Shown piece after piece: positions 21,131-31,172 of a stretch of 64,000 nt of DNA. The stretch is from NCBI GenBank assembly GCA_009392915.1, contig CP045477.1, forward strand, positions 512,001 through 576,000. Direction: 5' to 3'. Position numbers and translations under genes: made by a program. Position 1 is the first letter of the stretch. Every line of letters starts with the position of its first letter. This stretch comes from Candidatus Forterrea multitransposorum CG_2015-17_Forterrea_25_41 (GTDB lineage Archaea > Iainarchaeota > Iainarchaeia > Iainarchaeales > CSSED10-239). The notes under the pieces are model-generated. The model was not told the DNA's origin. It ran no database searches and saw only the letters and a list, made by a program, of their open reading frames with translations.

Positions 21131-21748
21131 TTAAGATTTAATAATTAGAAAAAATTTTCTTTTTTTTAAAGAATCAGAATTATAAATAAACATCTCACTA
21201 TTTATAAAAAATCTCTTAAAAGCATTAAAAACTGTTTGAAAAATAGTTTCAGAATCAGGATAAAATTGAAAAATTGAAATTCCGTCTTCTTTTAATATTT
21301 TTTTAAGATCTTTTGCAATTTTTTTAATAATATTTTTAATTTCAATTTCAGATTTATTTGAAATTACCCACTGAAGTGCAGAAATTGAAAGAATTAAGTC
21401 ATATTTTTCATAGATCTTTGATAAATCTTGAAAACCACCGATTTTAACATCTAGTTTTTTAGATTTTGCAATTTTTATCATTTCTTTTGAAGGATCTATG
21501 CCTTTTAAAGACAAATAACCTAGATATCTTAAATATTCTAAAGAAAAACCAGTTCCACAACCTATGTCTAAAACAGATAAAGAGAGGTTATTTGAGAAAG
21601 GAGAAGATAAAGAAAGTGCAATTTTAGTGAGCTCTTCTTGTGTTTTTTTCATACCACTGCTTTGATTATATCTATTTGATTCATCTTCAGTGTAGAAATC
21701 ATTAGGATCCTGAAAAACTTTTTCAGGAACCTCTAATTTAAAGCTCAT
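21131..21748 (-). CDS. SAM-dependent methyltransferase resembling Bud23/WBSCR22-type rRNA (guanine-N7) methyltransferase
   Basis: N-terminal PEKVFQDPNDFYTEDESNRYNQSS followed by VLDIGCGTGFS and GIDPSKEMI, matching the Bud23 family N-terminal layout. Confidence 0.5.
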   Translation of the reverse strand: MSFKLEVPEKVFQDPNDFYTEDESNRYNQSSGMKKTQEELTKIALSLSSPFSNNLSLSVLDIGCGTGFSLEYLRYLGYLSLKGIDPSKEMIKIAKSKKLDVKIGGFQDLSKIYEKYDLILSISALQWVISNKSEIEIKNIIKKIAKDLKKILKEDGISIFQFYPDSETIFQTVFNAFKRFFINSEMFIYNSDSLKKRKFFLIIKS

Positions 21749-21751
21749 AAA

Positions 21752-22807
21752 TTATTTTTTAAGCTCAATTGTTTGAGTTGGGAAAGCAAACTCAATTTTT
21801 GCTTTTTCAAATTCTTTTTTAATTGCAGTATTTACTTCATCTTTTGTTTTCATATAAACATCATAATCTCCTGGAATCCAGTAAATAACTCTTATATTTA
21901 ATGAAAAATCTCCAAAAGACTCAAAAGTTACATAAAAAGAATCTTTTTCAACATTTTTATTTTTATTTAAAATGTTTGTAACAATTTTCTTACCTTCTTC
22001 CATTTTCTTTAAAGAAGTACCGTAAGTTAAACCAAGAGTAAAATTTTCTTTTCTTGCTCTTCTTTGAGAAATATTTTCAACAGCAAAAGAAGATAATTCT
22101 CTATTTGGAACAACAATTAATGTATTATCAAAAGTTCTTACCTTTGTTGATCTGATACCAATTTCTTCAACAATACCTGTTCCATCTTTTGTAGTTAATA
22201 TATCATCTATCTTAAATGGTTTTTCAATAAATATAACAATTCCTGCTAAGAAATTTTCAACAATATCTTTAGATGCCATTGCAAGTGCAAGACCACCAAT
22301 TCCAAGACCTGCAAGTAAAGCACTTATATTATATCCAAAATTTGATAAAACTAAAAGAACTGCTATAATAAACAAAAATATTTTTATTAAAGATTTTAAT
22401 AAAGGGATTAATTGATCATCATATTTAGAATCTGTTTTTGCAGCATAAGTTTCAAAATATTCTTCAATAAGACCTATGAAAAATTTTATTAAAAATAAAG
22501 TAACTGCTAAAACATAGATTAAAAAAGATACTTGCTTAATTGCAGTATCCCACCATGTAGAAACAGATAATCTTACAAAACCAATATTAAAAAATATTGT
22601 TAAAATAACAATCTTAAAAGGTAAAGGTTTTGATAAAATTCTTGAAATAATATCATCAACTTTATTTTTTGTAAAGTTTGATAATCTTGTTAAAAAACGT
22701 TTACTTATAAAGACTATTATTCCACTTACAATAAACCCTAACAATATAAAAAACAAAAACCATAAATAATCTTTAACTGTATTTCCTAAAAAAATTTGAT
22801 CTAACAT
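21752..22807 (-). CDS. mechanosensitive ion channel, MscS family
   Basis: 351 aa; TM helices then conserved MscS core AGLGIGGLALAMASKDIVENFLAGIVIFIEKPFKIDD...VVPNRELSS. Confidence 0.85.
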   Translation of the reverse strand: MLDQIFLGNTVKDYLWFLFFILLGFIVSGIIVFISKRFLTRLSNFTKNKVDDIISRILSKPLPFKIVILTIFFNIGFVRLSVSTWWDTAIKQVSFLIYVLAVTLFLIKFFIGLIEEYFETYAAKTDSKYDDQLIPLLKSLIKIFLFIIAVLLVLSNFGYNISALLAGLGIGGLALAMASKDIVENFLAGIVIFIEKPFKIDDILTTKDGTGIVEEIGIRSTKVRTFDNTLIVVPNRELSSFAVENISQRRARKENFTLGLTYGTSLKKMEEGKKIVTNILNKNKNVEKDSFYVTFESFGDFSLNIRVIYWIPGDYDVYMKTKDEVNTAIKKEFEKAKIEFAFPTQTIELKK

Positions 22808-22921
22808 AATATCATTTCACCTTTAAAAATTGTTACTTAAATTAATTAAGTACCAAAATATTTATAATGATATAGATACATATAATATATACTATTTTTA
22901 TACTTAAAAGAAAGAATAAAC

Positions 22922-23626
22922 ATGAAAGATAAACCAATTGTAGAACTTAAGAATGTATCTAAAATATACAAGATGGGAGATGTTGAAGTTAAAGCTGTAA
23001 ATGATGTCTCATTAGAAATATATCCAAAAGAATTTGTTGCAATTATGGGTGCATCAGGTTCAGGAAAATCAACAATGATGCATTTAATCGGTGCACTTGA
23101 TTTGCCTACAAAAGGAGAAATATATATTAAAAAACAAAAATTAAATAAATTTACAGAAAACCAACTTTCAAATCTTAGAGGAAAAACAATTGGTTTTGTT
23201 TTTCAAGATTTTTATTTAATCTCAACATTAACAGCTCTTGAAAATGTAAGATTACCTATTCTTTTTCAAGAAAACGATGAAACTGAAGAAGAATATAATA
23301 AAAGATGTATAAATTTGCTTGAAATTGTAGGACTTCAAGATAGAATAAATCACAAACAAACAGAGCTTTCTGGAGGTCAACAACAAAGAGTTGCAATTGC
23401 AAGAGCTCTAGCAAATGATCCTGAAATAATTTTAGGAGATGAACCTACAGGTGCACTTGATTCTAAATCTTCAAAAGAAATAATTAATCTTTTTAAAAAA
23501 TTAAATAATATTGGAAAAACAATAATAATTATTACACATGATTTAAATGTTGCAAAAAATGCAAAGAGAATAATTACTTTAAAAGATGGTAAAATAATAG
23601 AAGATAAAAAAAACAAACCAGAATAA
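22922..23626 (+). CDS. ABC transporter ATP-binding protein (MacB/LolD-like)
   Basis: Walker A GASGSGKST, signature LSGGQQQRVAIARAL, Walker B IILGDEPTGALD, H-loop ITHD. Confidence 0.9.
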   Translation: MKDKPIVELKNVSKIYKMGDVEVKAVNDVSLEIYPKEFVAIMGASGSGKSTMMHLIGALDLPTKGEIYIKKQKLNKFTENQLSNLRGKTIGFVFQDFYLISTLTALENVRLPILFQENDETEEEYNKRCINLLEIVGLQDRINHKQTELSGGQQQRVAIARALANDPEIILGDEPTGALDSKSSKEIINLFKKLNNIGKTIIIITHDLNVAKNAKRIITLKDGKIIEDKKNKPE

Positions 23627-23628
23627 AC

Positions 23629-24819
23629 ATGAAAAAAATAATACCTTTTGTAATAATGAATCTTAAAAGAAGAAAACTTAGAAGTTATTTAACAATCATT
23701 GGTATAATTGTAGGTGTAATTGCAATAGTTTCATTAATGTCTCTTTCAGAAGGTTTAAAATCAGGGATAACTGAAGAATTCTCAAAAACTGGTGCACAAA
23801 AAATAACAATTTCATCAAAATATTCTATGATGGGACAAGGTTCAAATAAAGGACTTACTTTAGATGATGTTAAAGAAATTGAAAGAATTGGAGAAGTTGA
23901 TTTTGCAACAGGATATTTAAATTCACAAACAATATCTAAATTTTCAAAAGAAGAAAGACAATTAAGTGTTACAGGATATCAAGTGGACAACTATGAAAAA
24001 ATATTAACCCAAGAAGGAAAAGAACTATTAAGAGGAAAATATATTGATTCTGATAAATCTAATGAAATCATTATAGGATATGATCTTTTTGCAAGCGATG
24101 AATATTTTGGAAAAATTATAAAACTTGGAGACTCTATTGAAATTTCAAATAATAATTATAAAGTAGTTGGAATATTAGATGATACTGGAAATGTAAATAA
24201 CGATAGAAAAATATATATGTCTCTTGAAAATTTAAGAGAAATTTCAAATGCAGGAGAAAAAGAAGTTGATGGGATATATGCATTTGCAAAAGAAACTTCA
24301 GATATTGAAAAGACTGGAGAAAAAATAGAAGAAAGTCTTGAAAAATTTAGAGATCAAGAAGATTTTGTTGTAACAACACCAGTTAAAGAAGCAGAAAATA
24401 GAGCACAAACTTTAGAAGCAGTTTCAATTGTTGTTGTAGGAATTGCAACTATTTCTTTACTTGTTGGAGGAATTGGAATCTTAAACTCAATGTATACTTC
24501 TGTTCTTGAAAGAAGAAGAGAAATTGGAGTTATGAAAGCTATTGGTGCAAGAAGAGAAGATATTTTAGGAATCTTTTTAATTGAAGCTGGAATAATAGGA
24601 CTTATTGGTGGGATAATAGGAACTATCGGTGGATTTTTAATTGCTTTTATAGTAAATATTATAGGACAATTTACAGGTACAGAAATAAATTTATCATTTG
24701 ATATAACAATTATTTTAATAGCACTAGGATTTTCTTTTATCCTTGGATTAATTGCAGGTTTTCTTCCAGCATACCAAGCCTCAAAACAACAAGCAATTGA
24801 TTCTTTAAGAGAGGAATAA
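23629..24819 (+). CDS. ABC transporter permease, FtsX/MacB-like (large periplasmic loop + 4 TM)
   Basis: 396 aa; N-terminal TM, extracytoplasmic domain, C-terminal FtsX-like helices with GGIGILNSMYTSVLERRREIGVMKAIGA. Confidence 0.8.
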   Translation: MKKIIPFVIMNLKRRKLRSYLTIIGIIVGVIAIVSLMSLSEGLKSGITEEFSKTGAQKITISSKYSMMGQGSNKGLTLDDVKEIERIGEVDFATGYLNSQTISKFSKEERQLSVTGYQVDNYEKILTQEGKELLRGKYIDSDKSNEIIIGYDLFASDEYFGKIIKLGDSIEISNNNYKVVGILDDTGNVNNDRKIYMSLENLREISNAGEKEVDGIYAFAKETSDIEKTGEKIEESLEKFRDQEDFVVTTPVKEAENRAQTLEAVSIVVVGIATISLLVGGIGILNSMYTSVLERRREIGVMKAIGARREDILGIFLIEAGIIGLIGGIIGTIGGFLIAFIVNIIGQFTGTEINLSFDITIILIALGFSFILGLIAGFLPAYQASKQQAIDSLREE

Positions 24820-24823
24820 AAAT

Positions 24824-25483
24824 ATGTTAAAACAAAAATATGGAAGCACTAGAGTTGAAAAAAAAGGAGTTAGTGCATTCATTAATAATAAAAAGGAAAT
24901 TTGGCCTGCCTTTGGTCAAGAATATAGATACAGTCACATATTTATTAAAAAATTTAGTGAAAAACCATTTTTACATTTAAAAAAAATTAAAAAAGAAAAA
25001 CCAAAAATTATGGTTTTAGGAGCAGGACTTGGAGTTGATTTAATAGAATTTAAAAAAGCATTAAATTTAATTAAAATTAATCCAACAATTGATGTTCTTT
25101 CATTAACAAAATCATTATCTCCAAGAGCTAAAAAAATAGTTAATAAGGATTATTCACAAAACAAAGCAATTGAAACAATTGATTTTAAAAAAGAAACAAA
25201 ACTAGCATCAAATTTAAAAAGCAAATACGATCTTGTAGTAGCTCCATTAAGTGTTGGAGTATATACTGATCATCCTTCATATAATATGTTTTTAACCTCA
25301 TTAATGTTAAGTAAAAATGGAAAAGCATATATTGAATTAGGAGAATTTAAATTAAAAACAGTTACAAGATTTAAAAAATTTGTAGAAATATATAATCTGC
25401 AAAATAAAACAGATTATAGATTTACAGTAAATAAAATTAATCCAAATGAAGAAAAATTTTTAGAAATAACAAGAACAAATTAA
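24824..25483 (+). CDS. hypothetical protein (Rossmann-like MVLGAGLGVDL motif)
   Basis: 219 aa ORF in ABC operon. Confidence 0.4.
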   Translation: MLKQKYGSTRVEKKGVSAFINNKKEIWPAFGQEYRYSHIFIKKFSEKPFLHLKKIKKEKPKIMVLGAGLGVDLIEFKKALNLIKINPTIDVLSLTKSLSPRAKKIVNKDYSQNKAIETIDFKKETKLASNLKSKYDLVVAPLSVGVYTDHPSYNMFLTSLMLSKNGKAYIELGEFKLKTVTRFKKFVEIYNLQNKTDYRFTVNKINPNEEKFLEITRTN

Positions 25484-25484
25484 G

Positions 25485-26738
25485 GTGAAAAAAATGAATT
25501 TAAAAAAAATAATGCTTATCTTGGTTGCAATTATGTTACTTGCAATACCAATTACAGCAAATGAAGTAAATTATGATATAATAAATTTAAATGCAGATAC
25601 ATATAATTACAATCCAACACCAGTAATTTCAGGTGAAGATTTTGAAATCTGGATACAACTTACAAACAAAAGTAATGTAGCTGCAGAAAATGTAGAATAT
25701 TTTTTAGAAACAGAATATCCATTTATTCTAATTTCTGAAAATGAAGGACTAATTAATAAATTAGAACCTTTTCAATCAAAAATTATAAAATATAAATTAA
25801 AAACAAACACTGATGTTTTAACTGGAACTTATGATCTTGAATTTAGATATAAAAGAGAAGGATCAAACATCTATAATGTCAAAAAATATATAATTGATGT
25901 TAAAGGAAAAAGTGCAATAATTGAACTTATTGATTCTTCTTTTAATAATGCAAAGATAGGTGCTGATGGAACAGTTACACTTAATTTAAAAAATTTAGGT
26001 CAAAAGAATGCAAAAGATATTTTCTTAACATTAAATGATTCTGAAGATGAAAGTATAAAAGTAATTGATCTTAAAACACAGTATATTGAAAAAATAAATA
26101 CAGAAGAAGAAACAGAAGTTTCATTTAAAATAAATATTTCTAAAAATGCAGAAAACATAAGTTATAGTCTTCCATTAACTATTAGTTATTCTGATGTTGA
26201 TAGAGAATATACAATCACTAGAAATATAGGTCTAAAGTTAGAAGATCAACCAAAAATGATACTTAATGTTTTAGATATAGGAACTAATTTTAAGATTAAA
26301 GAAAATAGTGAAGAAAAAATATCTGTTGAAATATATAATATTGGAAATGTAGATACTGAAGTTTCATACATTACAGTTAATGGAGAAGGTATAAGACCAA
26401 CTCAAGAGTTTATAGGATCTATTGAAAAAAATAACTATGATACTATAGAGTTAACAATTAACACAACAGATATTAAAGAAAAAGAAACAAAATTAATAAT
26501 TAATTTATTCTATAAAGATAGTAATCTTAAAGAAGAAAAAATAACTCAAGAAATAACAGTTGAAGTTATGCCTCAAGCAAATGGACAAGGTGCAAATAAA
26601 GTAATAATGTCTATTTTTAGTATTTTGTTATTTATTGTAGGTCTTGCAATATTAATACTTCTTATAAAATGGCTAATAAGAATACTTATCAAACCTGCAT
26701 TAAATGTTTTAAAAGAAACTTTTAAAAGAAGAAAATAA
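25485..26738 (+). CDS. exported protein with C-terminal TM anchor (CARDB/S-layer-domain-like), ABC-associated
   Basis: 417 aa; signal peptide, beta-rich repeats, C-terminal hydrophobic helix plus basic tail. Confidence 0.5.
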   Translation: MKKMNLKKIMLILVAIMLLAIPITANEVNYDIINLNADTYNYNPTPVISGEDFEIWIQLTNKSNVAAENVEYFLETEYPFILISENEGLINKLEPFQSKIIKYKLKTNTDVLTGTYDLEFRYKREGSNIYNVKKYIIDVKGKSAIIELIDSSFNNAKIGADGTVTLNLKNLGQKNAKDIFLTLNDSEDESIKVIDLKTQYIEKINTEEETEVSFKINISKNAENISYSLPLTISYSDVDREYTITRNIGLKLEDQPKMILNVLDIGTNFKIKENSEEKISVEIYNIGNVDTEVSYITVNGEGIRPTQEFIGSIEKNNYDTIELTINTTDIKEKETKLIINLFYKDSNLKEEKITQEITVEVMPQANGQGANKVIMSIFSILLFIVGLAILILLIKWLIRILIKPALNVLKETFKRRK

Positions 26739-26782
26739 TTTTTCTTCTTATTTTTTATTTTTAAAAGAAATTTAGAAAAATC

Positions 26783-28006
26783 ATGAGTTTTGAAAAATAT
26801 AAACATTTGTTAGATTTAACAATTAAAAATATCTTCAGAAGAAGATTAAGATCAATATTAACAATTATAGCTGTAGTTATTGGAATTGCAACTATTGTTT
26901 CTCTTTTTTTAATAAGTGATGGTTTATTTAATTATGTTGAAGATGTTTTTATGACAATGGGAATAAATACAGTTTTTATTTTTCCTATAAGCTTTCAAGG
27001 AGGTCCTACTCAAAGTATTAGTAGAATTACAGAAGATATAATGATAACAGAAAAAGATCTTAAAATAATTGAAAGAATTGGAGAAATAGATTATGCTATA
27101 GGTTTTTCTTTTAGAACTGCAAAAATAGAATATAGAAATGAAGAAATATTTCAGTTTGCAATAATGCTGGATCCAAAGCTTGCTGATAAAACTTTTGAAA
27201 TTATGGATATTGATTTAAGAGAAGGAAAATCTTTACAAGGAAGAATCGCTTATGAAGTTGTAATTGGACCTTATTTTGCAGATAATCTTTTTAAAGATCC
27301 AATAAAGGTAGGACAAAAAATAAAAATACAAGATAAAGAGTTTAAAGTTATTGGAATTTTAGAACCAGTTGGTAATCTTGCAGACGATTCTCAAGTCTAT
27401 ATTACTTTAGATAAAGGAAGAGAAATATTTGAAATTGGAGATACTATTGATCAAATATATGCAAATGTTAAAGAAGAATATGATCCTTTAGAAGTACAAG
27501 AAGAAATTGAAAAAAGACTTGAAAAAGAACATGGTAAAGATAAATTTTATATAATTACTGCAAAACAAGTACTTTCAATTATTAAATCAGTGCTTGGATT
27601 ATTAAAAGTAATTTTAGTATCTATTGGTTTAATTTCAGTTGTTGTTGGAAGTATTGGAATCATGAACTCAATATATACATCTGTTATTGAAAGAACAAAA
27701 GAAATTGGTATTTTAAAATCATTAGGTGCAAAGAGAGAAGATATTTATTTTATATTTACAATTGAATCTGTTATTCTTTCTTTATTTGGAGGAATTATAG
27801 GTTTAGGACTAGGGATAGGAATTGCAAAAGCTGTTGAGTTTTATGCAACAAGTCAAGGTTTTCTAACTCTAAAAATAGTTATAGGTTGGCAAATTATATC
27901 ACTTGCTTTAATTGTATCAATAGTTGTTGGTTTAATATCTGGTCTTTTGCCTTCAAGAAAAGCTTCTAGAATGAATGTTGTTGAAGCACTAAGAAATAAC
28001 TTTTAA
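26783..28006 (+). CDS. ABC transporter permease, FtsX/MacB-like (second copy)
   Basis: 407 aa; same architecture as 23629-24819 (GSIGIMNSIYTSVIERTKEIGILKSLGA). Confidence 0.8.
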   Translation: MSFEKYKHLLDLTIKNIFRRRLRSILTIIAVVIGIATIVSLFLISDGLFNYVEDVFMTMGINTVFIFPISFQGGPTQSISRITEDIMITEKDLKIIERIGEIDYAIGFSFRTAKIEYRNEEIFQFAIMLDPKLADKTFEIMDIDLREGKSLQGRIAYEVVIGPYFADNLFKDPIKVGQKIKIQDKEFKVIGILEPVGNLADDSQVYITLDKGREIFEIGDTIDQIYANVKEEYDPLEVQEEIEKRLEKEHGKDKFYIITAKQVLSIIKSVLGLLKVILVSIGLISVVVGSIGIMNSIYTSVIERTKEIGILKSLGAKREDIYFIFTIESVILSLFGGIIGLGLGIGIAKAVEFYATSQGFLTLKIVIGWQIISLALIVSIVVGLISGLLPSRKASRMNVVEALRNNF

Positions 28007-28040
28007 GATAACTTTATAATTATTACTATAGTAAATATAT

Positions 28041-28526
28041 TTGAATAATTACAAATTGGTAAAAAATATGATTAATGAAAAATTAATTGAAATAATTAAT
28101 GATTTAAAAAATAAAAGATTATCAGATATTGAAATAATAGATATTTTACTTTTAAATAATTATAATATTGATGAAATTAAAGAAAATTTAACACATTATA
28201 ATGAAATCCATGGATATAATAGTCTTAACTATATAGATAAATATGAAAAAATCCAAGGTAAAAAATTCTTTGATAATAATGAAAGACTTGAAGAAACTAA
28301 TGAAGAACCATCTGTTAAAAAAGAAGTAGTCAAAGAAAATAAAAAAGAAGAAATAAAAGAACCAGTAAAAGAAATTAAAAAAGAAGTTTTAAAAGTTGAA
28401 AAAGTAAAAAAGAAAATGAAAATTGGAGATTTTATTGGTCTTCTTGCAATTGTTATTTTACTTGCATTTATTATTTATGTAATTTTAAACTATGATGTAA
28501 TTGGTAAATTAAAGGCAGCATTATAG
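28041..28526 (+). CDS. hypothetical K/E-rich protein with C-terminal TM helix
   Basis: 161 aa ORF. Confidence 0.4.
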   Translation: MNNYKLVKNMINEKLIEIINDLKNKRLSDIEIIDILLLNNYNIDEIKENLTHYNEIHGYNSLNYIDKYEKIQGKKFFDNNERLEETNEEPSVKKEVVKENKKEEIKEPVKEIKKEVLKVEKVKKKMKIGDFIGLLAIVILLAFIIYVILNYDVIGKLKAAL

Positions 28527-28622
28527 TTTATTAATTTCTAAAAAAGATTATGTTTTTAAAGTTATAGTATATATATTATTTATATATAGTCTATTTTTTT
28601 AAAAACTAGATTAACATATAAA

Positions 28623-28695
28623 GCCTCTATAGCTCAGTGGCTAGAGCGGCAGTCTTGTAAACTGTAGGTCGAGGGTTCAAATCCCTCTAGAGGCT
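28623..28695 (+). tRNA. tRNA-Thr (anticodon TGT)
   Basis: Manual cloverleaf: acceptor gcctcta/tagaggc, D arm gctc/gagc, anticodon stem gcagt/actgt, loop ctTGTaa, T arm gaggg-ttcaaat-ccctc, discriminator T. Confidence 0.9.
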
Positions 28696-28705
28696 TCTTT
28701 TTATT
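28692..28705. repeat. target-site duplication, left copy (ggcttctttttatt), overlapping last 4 nt of tRNA-Thr
   Basis: Perfect 14-bp direct repeat with 37074-37087, immediately outside the TIRs. Confidence 0.65.
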
Positions 28706-28769
28706 GGGTTATAGCTATTTCACTTTTTTTGTACGCTTTTTAATCTTTTCTACACTAATAAATATTTAT
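28706..28769. repeat. casposon left terminal inverted repeat
   Basis: gggttatagctatttcactttttttgtacgc vs reverse complement of right end gggttatatatatctaattatttttgtacgt: 26/33 identical, further similarity ctaata-aatatttat with indels. Confidence 0.6.
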
Positions 28770-29487
28770 GGATAATAAGTATTTAAAATATATAAATAAT
28801 TTTGTTGAAACTGATTTTAAAATTCCAAATGAATTTAAAAATAAAAATATGTTTGGATCACTAAAAAACTTTCATAAGGGATTAGATCCAGAAACTATAT
28901 TACGAGGACTAATTCAATTAATACCTGCAGGTGGATTGATCGAAAAATATTTGTTTGCTAATAAAGATAAAAATGAAATAAAAAAAATTTATTATTTTTT
29001 GTATTGTTATTATATACAAATAAATAAAATAATTGAGGATAATAAAAATAAAATTGATCAAAAATATTTAAAAACAGAACAATTTTATAATTTATTTAAA
29101 CAATGTATTGAAAAAATAAGATTTGAAACTGAAATTAGTAAAATTCAATTATTTAAGAATTTTCTAATTAATGCAAGTATTTTAAATAATAAAAATATAG
29201 ATAAAGAATATATTTTATCAAAATTAGATAATATTTCTTTAAATCATTTTGAAATAATAGACTGGTATTATAAATATAACTACATTATAATTACAGGGAT
29301 TGGTTCCGAATACGATCAAAATAAAAAAAAAATTAAATTAAAATATTCTTATTTTGATTCTTATGAAAATGATTTAGCAACAATTGGTTTTTTAAATAAA
29401 ATTAATGGATTAGGAAGTGTTGAACGATATTATTTAACAAAATTAGGACTTGATTTTTATAATTTTATAAAATATGATGATTTGTAA
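28768..29487 (+). CDS. hypothetical protein (casposon cargo)
   Basis: 239 aa ORF starting inside the left TIR. Confidence 0.45.
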   Translation: MDNKYLKYINNFVETDFKIPNEFKNKNMFGSLKNFHKGLDPETILRGLIQLIPAGGLIEKYLFANKDKNEIKKIYYFLYCYYIQINKIIEDNKNKIDQKYLKTEQFYNLFKQCIEKIRFETEISKIQLFKNFLINASILNNKNIDKEYILSKLDNISLNHFEIIDWYYKYNYIIITGIGSEYDQNKKKIKLKYSYFDSYENDLATIGFLNKINGLGSVERYYLTKLGLDFYNFIKYDDL

Positions 29488-29527
29488 AAATAATATCTAT
29501 GATTTTCATAAATTATTGTTTTAATTT

Positions 29528-29986
29528 TTAATAGTCTGGATTATACTTTTTAATTAATTTAGATTTTATTAATTCAATTATAAATAAAGCAATAAAAAAA
29601 TAAATTATTAATTCTATAGTAAAACTATCTCGTAAATTTATGTCGTTAAAATTGGCAAGTATTTTTGATATTAATTGTATTGATGGAATAATAAATAAAG
29701 AAAATACAATTGTAATAAATAGATTTTTATTTTTTGAACTTATAAAGCTAATATTTTTTAGCGAAAATGTTTTATATATTCTTTTAAATAAAAAAACTAG
29801 TATGCAAAGATACATAATAAAAATAATAATAATAGCAATAACTTCTTTAAATTCTGGAAATAAAACCGGAAACTTTTCATTTAAAATTATATGAATCATT
29901 GCTAAATAATATAATCCAAAATAAGATAATAAAATAATAGGTTCAAAAAAATTCTTTTTAAATTTGATTAAATTTTCTAATTTCAC
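29528..29986 (-). CDS. hypothetical membrane protein (casposon cargo)
   Basis: 152 aa, 4 hydrophobic helices. Confidence 0.4.
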   Translation of the reverse strand: MKLENLIKFKKNFFEPIILLSYFGLYYLAMIHIILNEKFPVLFPEFKEVIAIIIIFIMYLCILVFLFKRIYKTFSLKNISFISSKNKNLFITIVFSLFIIPSIQLISKILANFNDINLRDSFTIELIIYFFIALFIIELIKSKLIKKYNPDY

Positions 29987-29990
29987 ATTT

Positions 29991-31172
29991 TCACCAATTA
30001 TTCACAATTTCTTCAATATTTTTATTCATACTAAAAGGTTTATTTACTCTTGCATTCTTTTTAAGATAAAATAATGTGCCTTTTGATAAACCTTTATTCT
30101 TCCAATCAACATAAGATATATTTAATATCTTATTTCTAATTTCTTCTGTATCTTTCCTTTCTAGTTTATGTTTAGGTTTTGTAAAATCTATGTTTTTCGA
30201 TTTTTTCTTTAAAAAGTTAGATAGTTCTCTTGTTTTTAATAATATTAAATAATGAAAGTTTACTTTATCTCCTTTATATAATATCTTATGATTAAAATGT
30301 TTATTAATACTTTCTAAAACCTTTTTAGCTCCAGAAGATCTTAACCTTAAATTATAGTTTTCTGTTCTTATAAAATCCTTATCATTAATCAAATTATTCT
30401 CAATTAAATCTAAAACTGCAAGATCAACTAAATATCTAAATGGTTCTTGCATATCATAAGCTAAACTATTCTTACCATTTTGCTTTTCATGTAAAAAACC
30501 TATGTGTCTATCAAGACCAATAGAATTTATTGATTTTAAAATCTCTGCTTCTAATATAGCATATCCATAATTAAGCATACAATTAAATTGATCTCCAGTA
30601 CCTTTAGCTTCTTTCTTATATTCTCTACCTTCAAATTCATATTTTTTAGGTATAATCTTAATAAATTGTTTCCAATAATGAGAAGCAATTCTACCTTCTG
30701 ATAATAAAATATCTTGAATTGTATTTGATTTCTTAAATAATTCTAGCTCTTTACTAAAATTATTATCAATTACTGAATATCTTTCTTTTAGATAATCTAA
30801 AACTAGTTGTTGTTTTTCAAATTTAGCTTCAACAAACTTTTTAGCTAAATTTAATCTTTGAATTGAATAATCATAAGCTTTATATTGTTCAAACTTAGCT
30901 TCTGAACCTATATTCTTATATGGTAACATACTAGTAAGTAGTTGTCCATCCCAATTTAGAAAGCTAACTTGAACATAGTGTTTCATTAACCATCTAATAG
31001 CATCTAAAGTTAATTCTCCCGACCTACCATATATTACTATATGATCAATATTCATTTTTCTTGGAGAGTATACTAATGTTTCATTAACTAAATCAGTTTG
31101 ATGTTTAATTATTAGTTTTGCTTTATCTACTCTTAGGTTAATTCCATAACCATCTAATAACAATATTTTCAT
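29991..31172 (-). CDS. cas1: Cas1 family integrase (casposase) with about 85-aa C-terminal extension
   Basis: 393 aa; Cas1 catalytic core LLSEGRIASHYW (Glu), NCMLNYGYAILEAEIL, GLDRHIGFLH (His), SLAYDMQEPFRYLVDLAVLDLI (acidic); no adjacent cas2. Confidence 0.85.
   Translation of the reverse strand: MKILLLDGYGINLRVDKAKLIIKHQTDLVNETLVYSPRKMNIDHIVIYGRSGELTLDAIRWLMKHYVQVSFLNWDGQLLTSMLPYKNIGSEAKFEQYKAYDYSIQRLNLAKKFVEAKFEKQQLVLDYLKERYSVIDNNFSKELELFKKSNTIQDILLSEGRIASHYWKQFIKIIPKKYEFEGREYKKEAKGTGDQFNCMLNYGYAILEAEILKSINSIGLDRHIGFLHEKQNGKNSLAYDMQEPFRYLVDLAVLDLIENNLINDKDFIRTENYNLRLRSSGAKKVLESINKHFNHKILYKGDKVNFHYLILLKTRELSNFLKKKSKNIDFTKPKHKLERKDTEEIRNKILNISYVDWKNKGLSKGTLFYLKKNARVNKPFSMNKNIEEIVNNW

Noticed and set aside
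29991-31172. cas1 as part of a CRISPR-Cas adaptation module
   Set aside because: No cas2, no other cas genes and no regularly spaced direct repeats anywhere in the 64 kb; its context (PolB, TIRs, TSD) fits a casposon instead.
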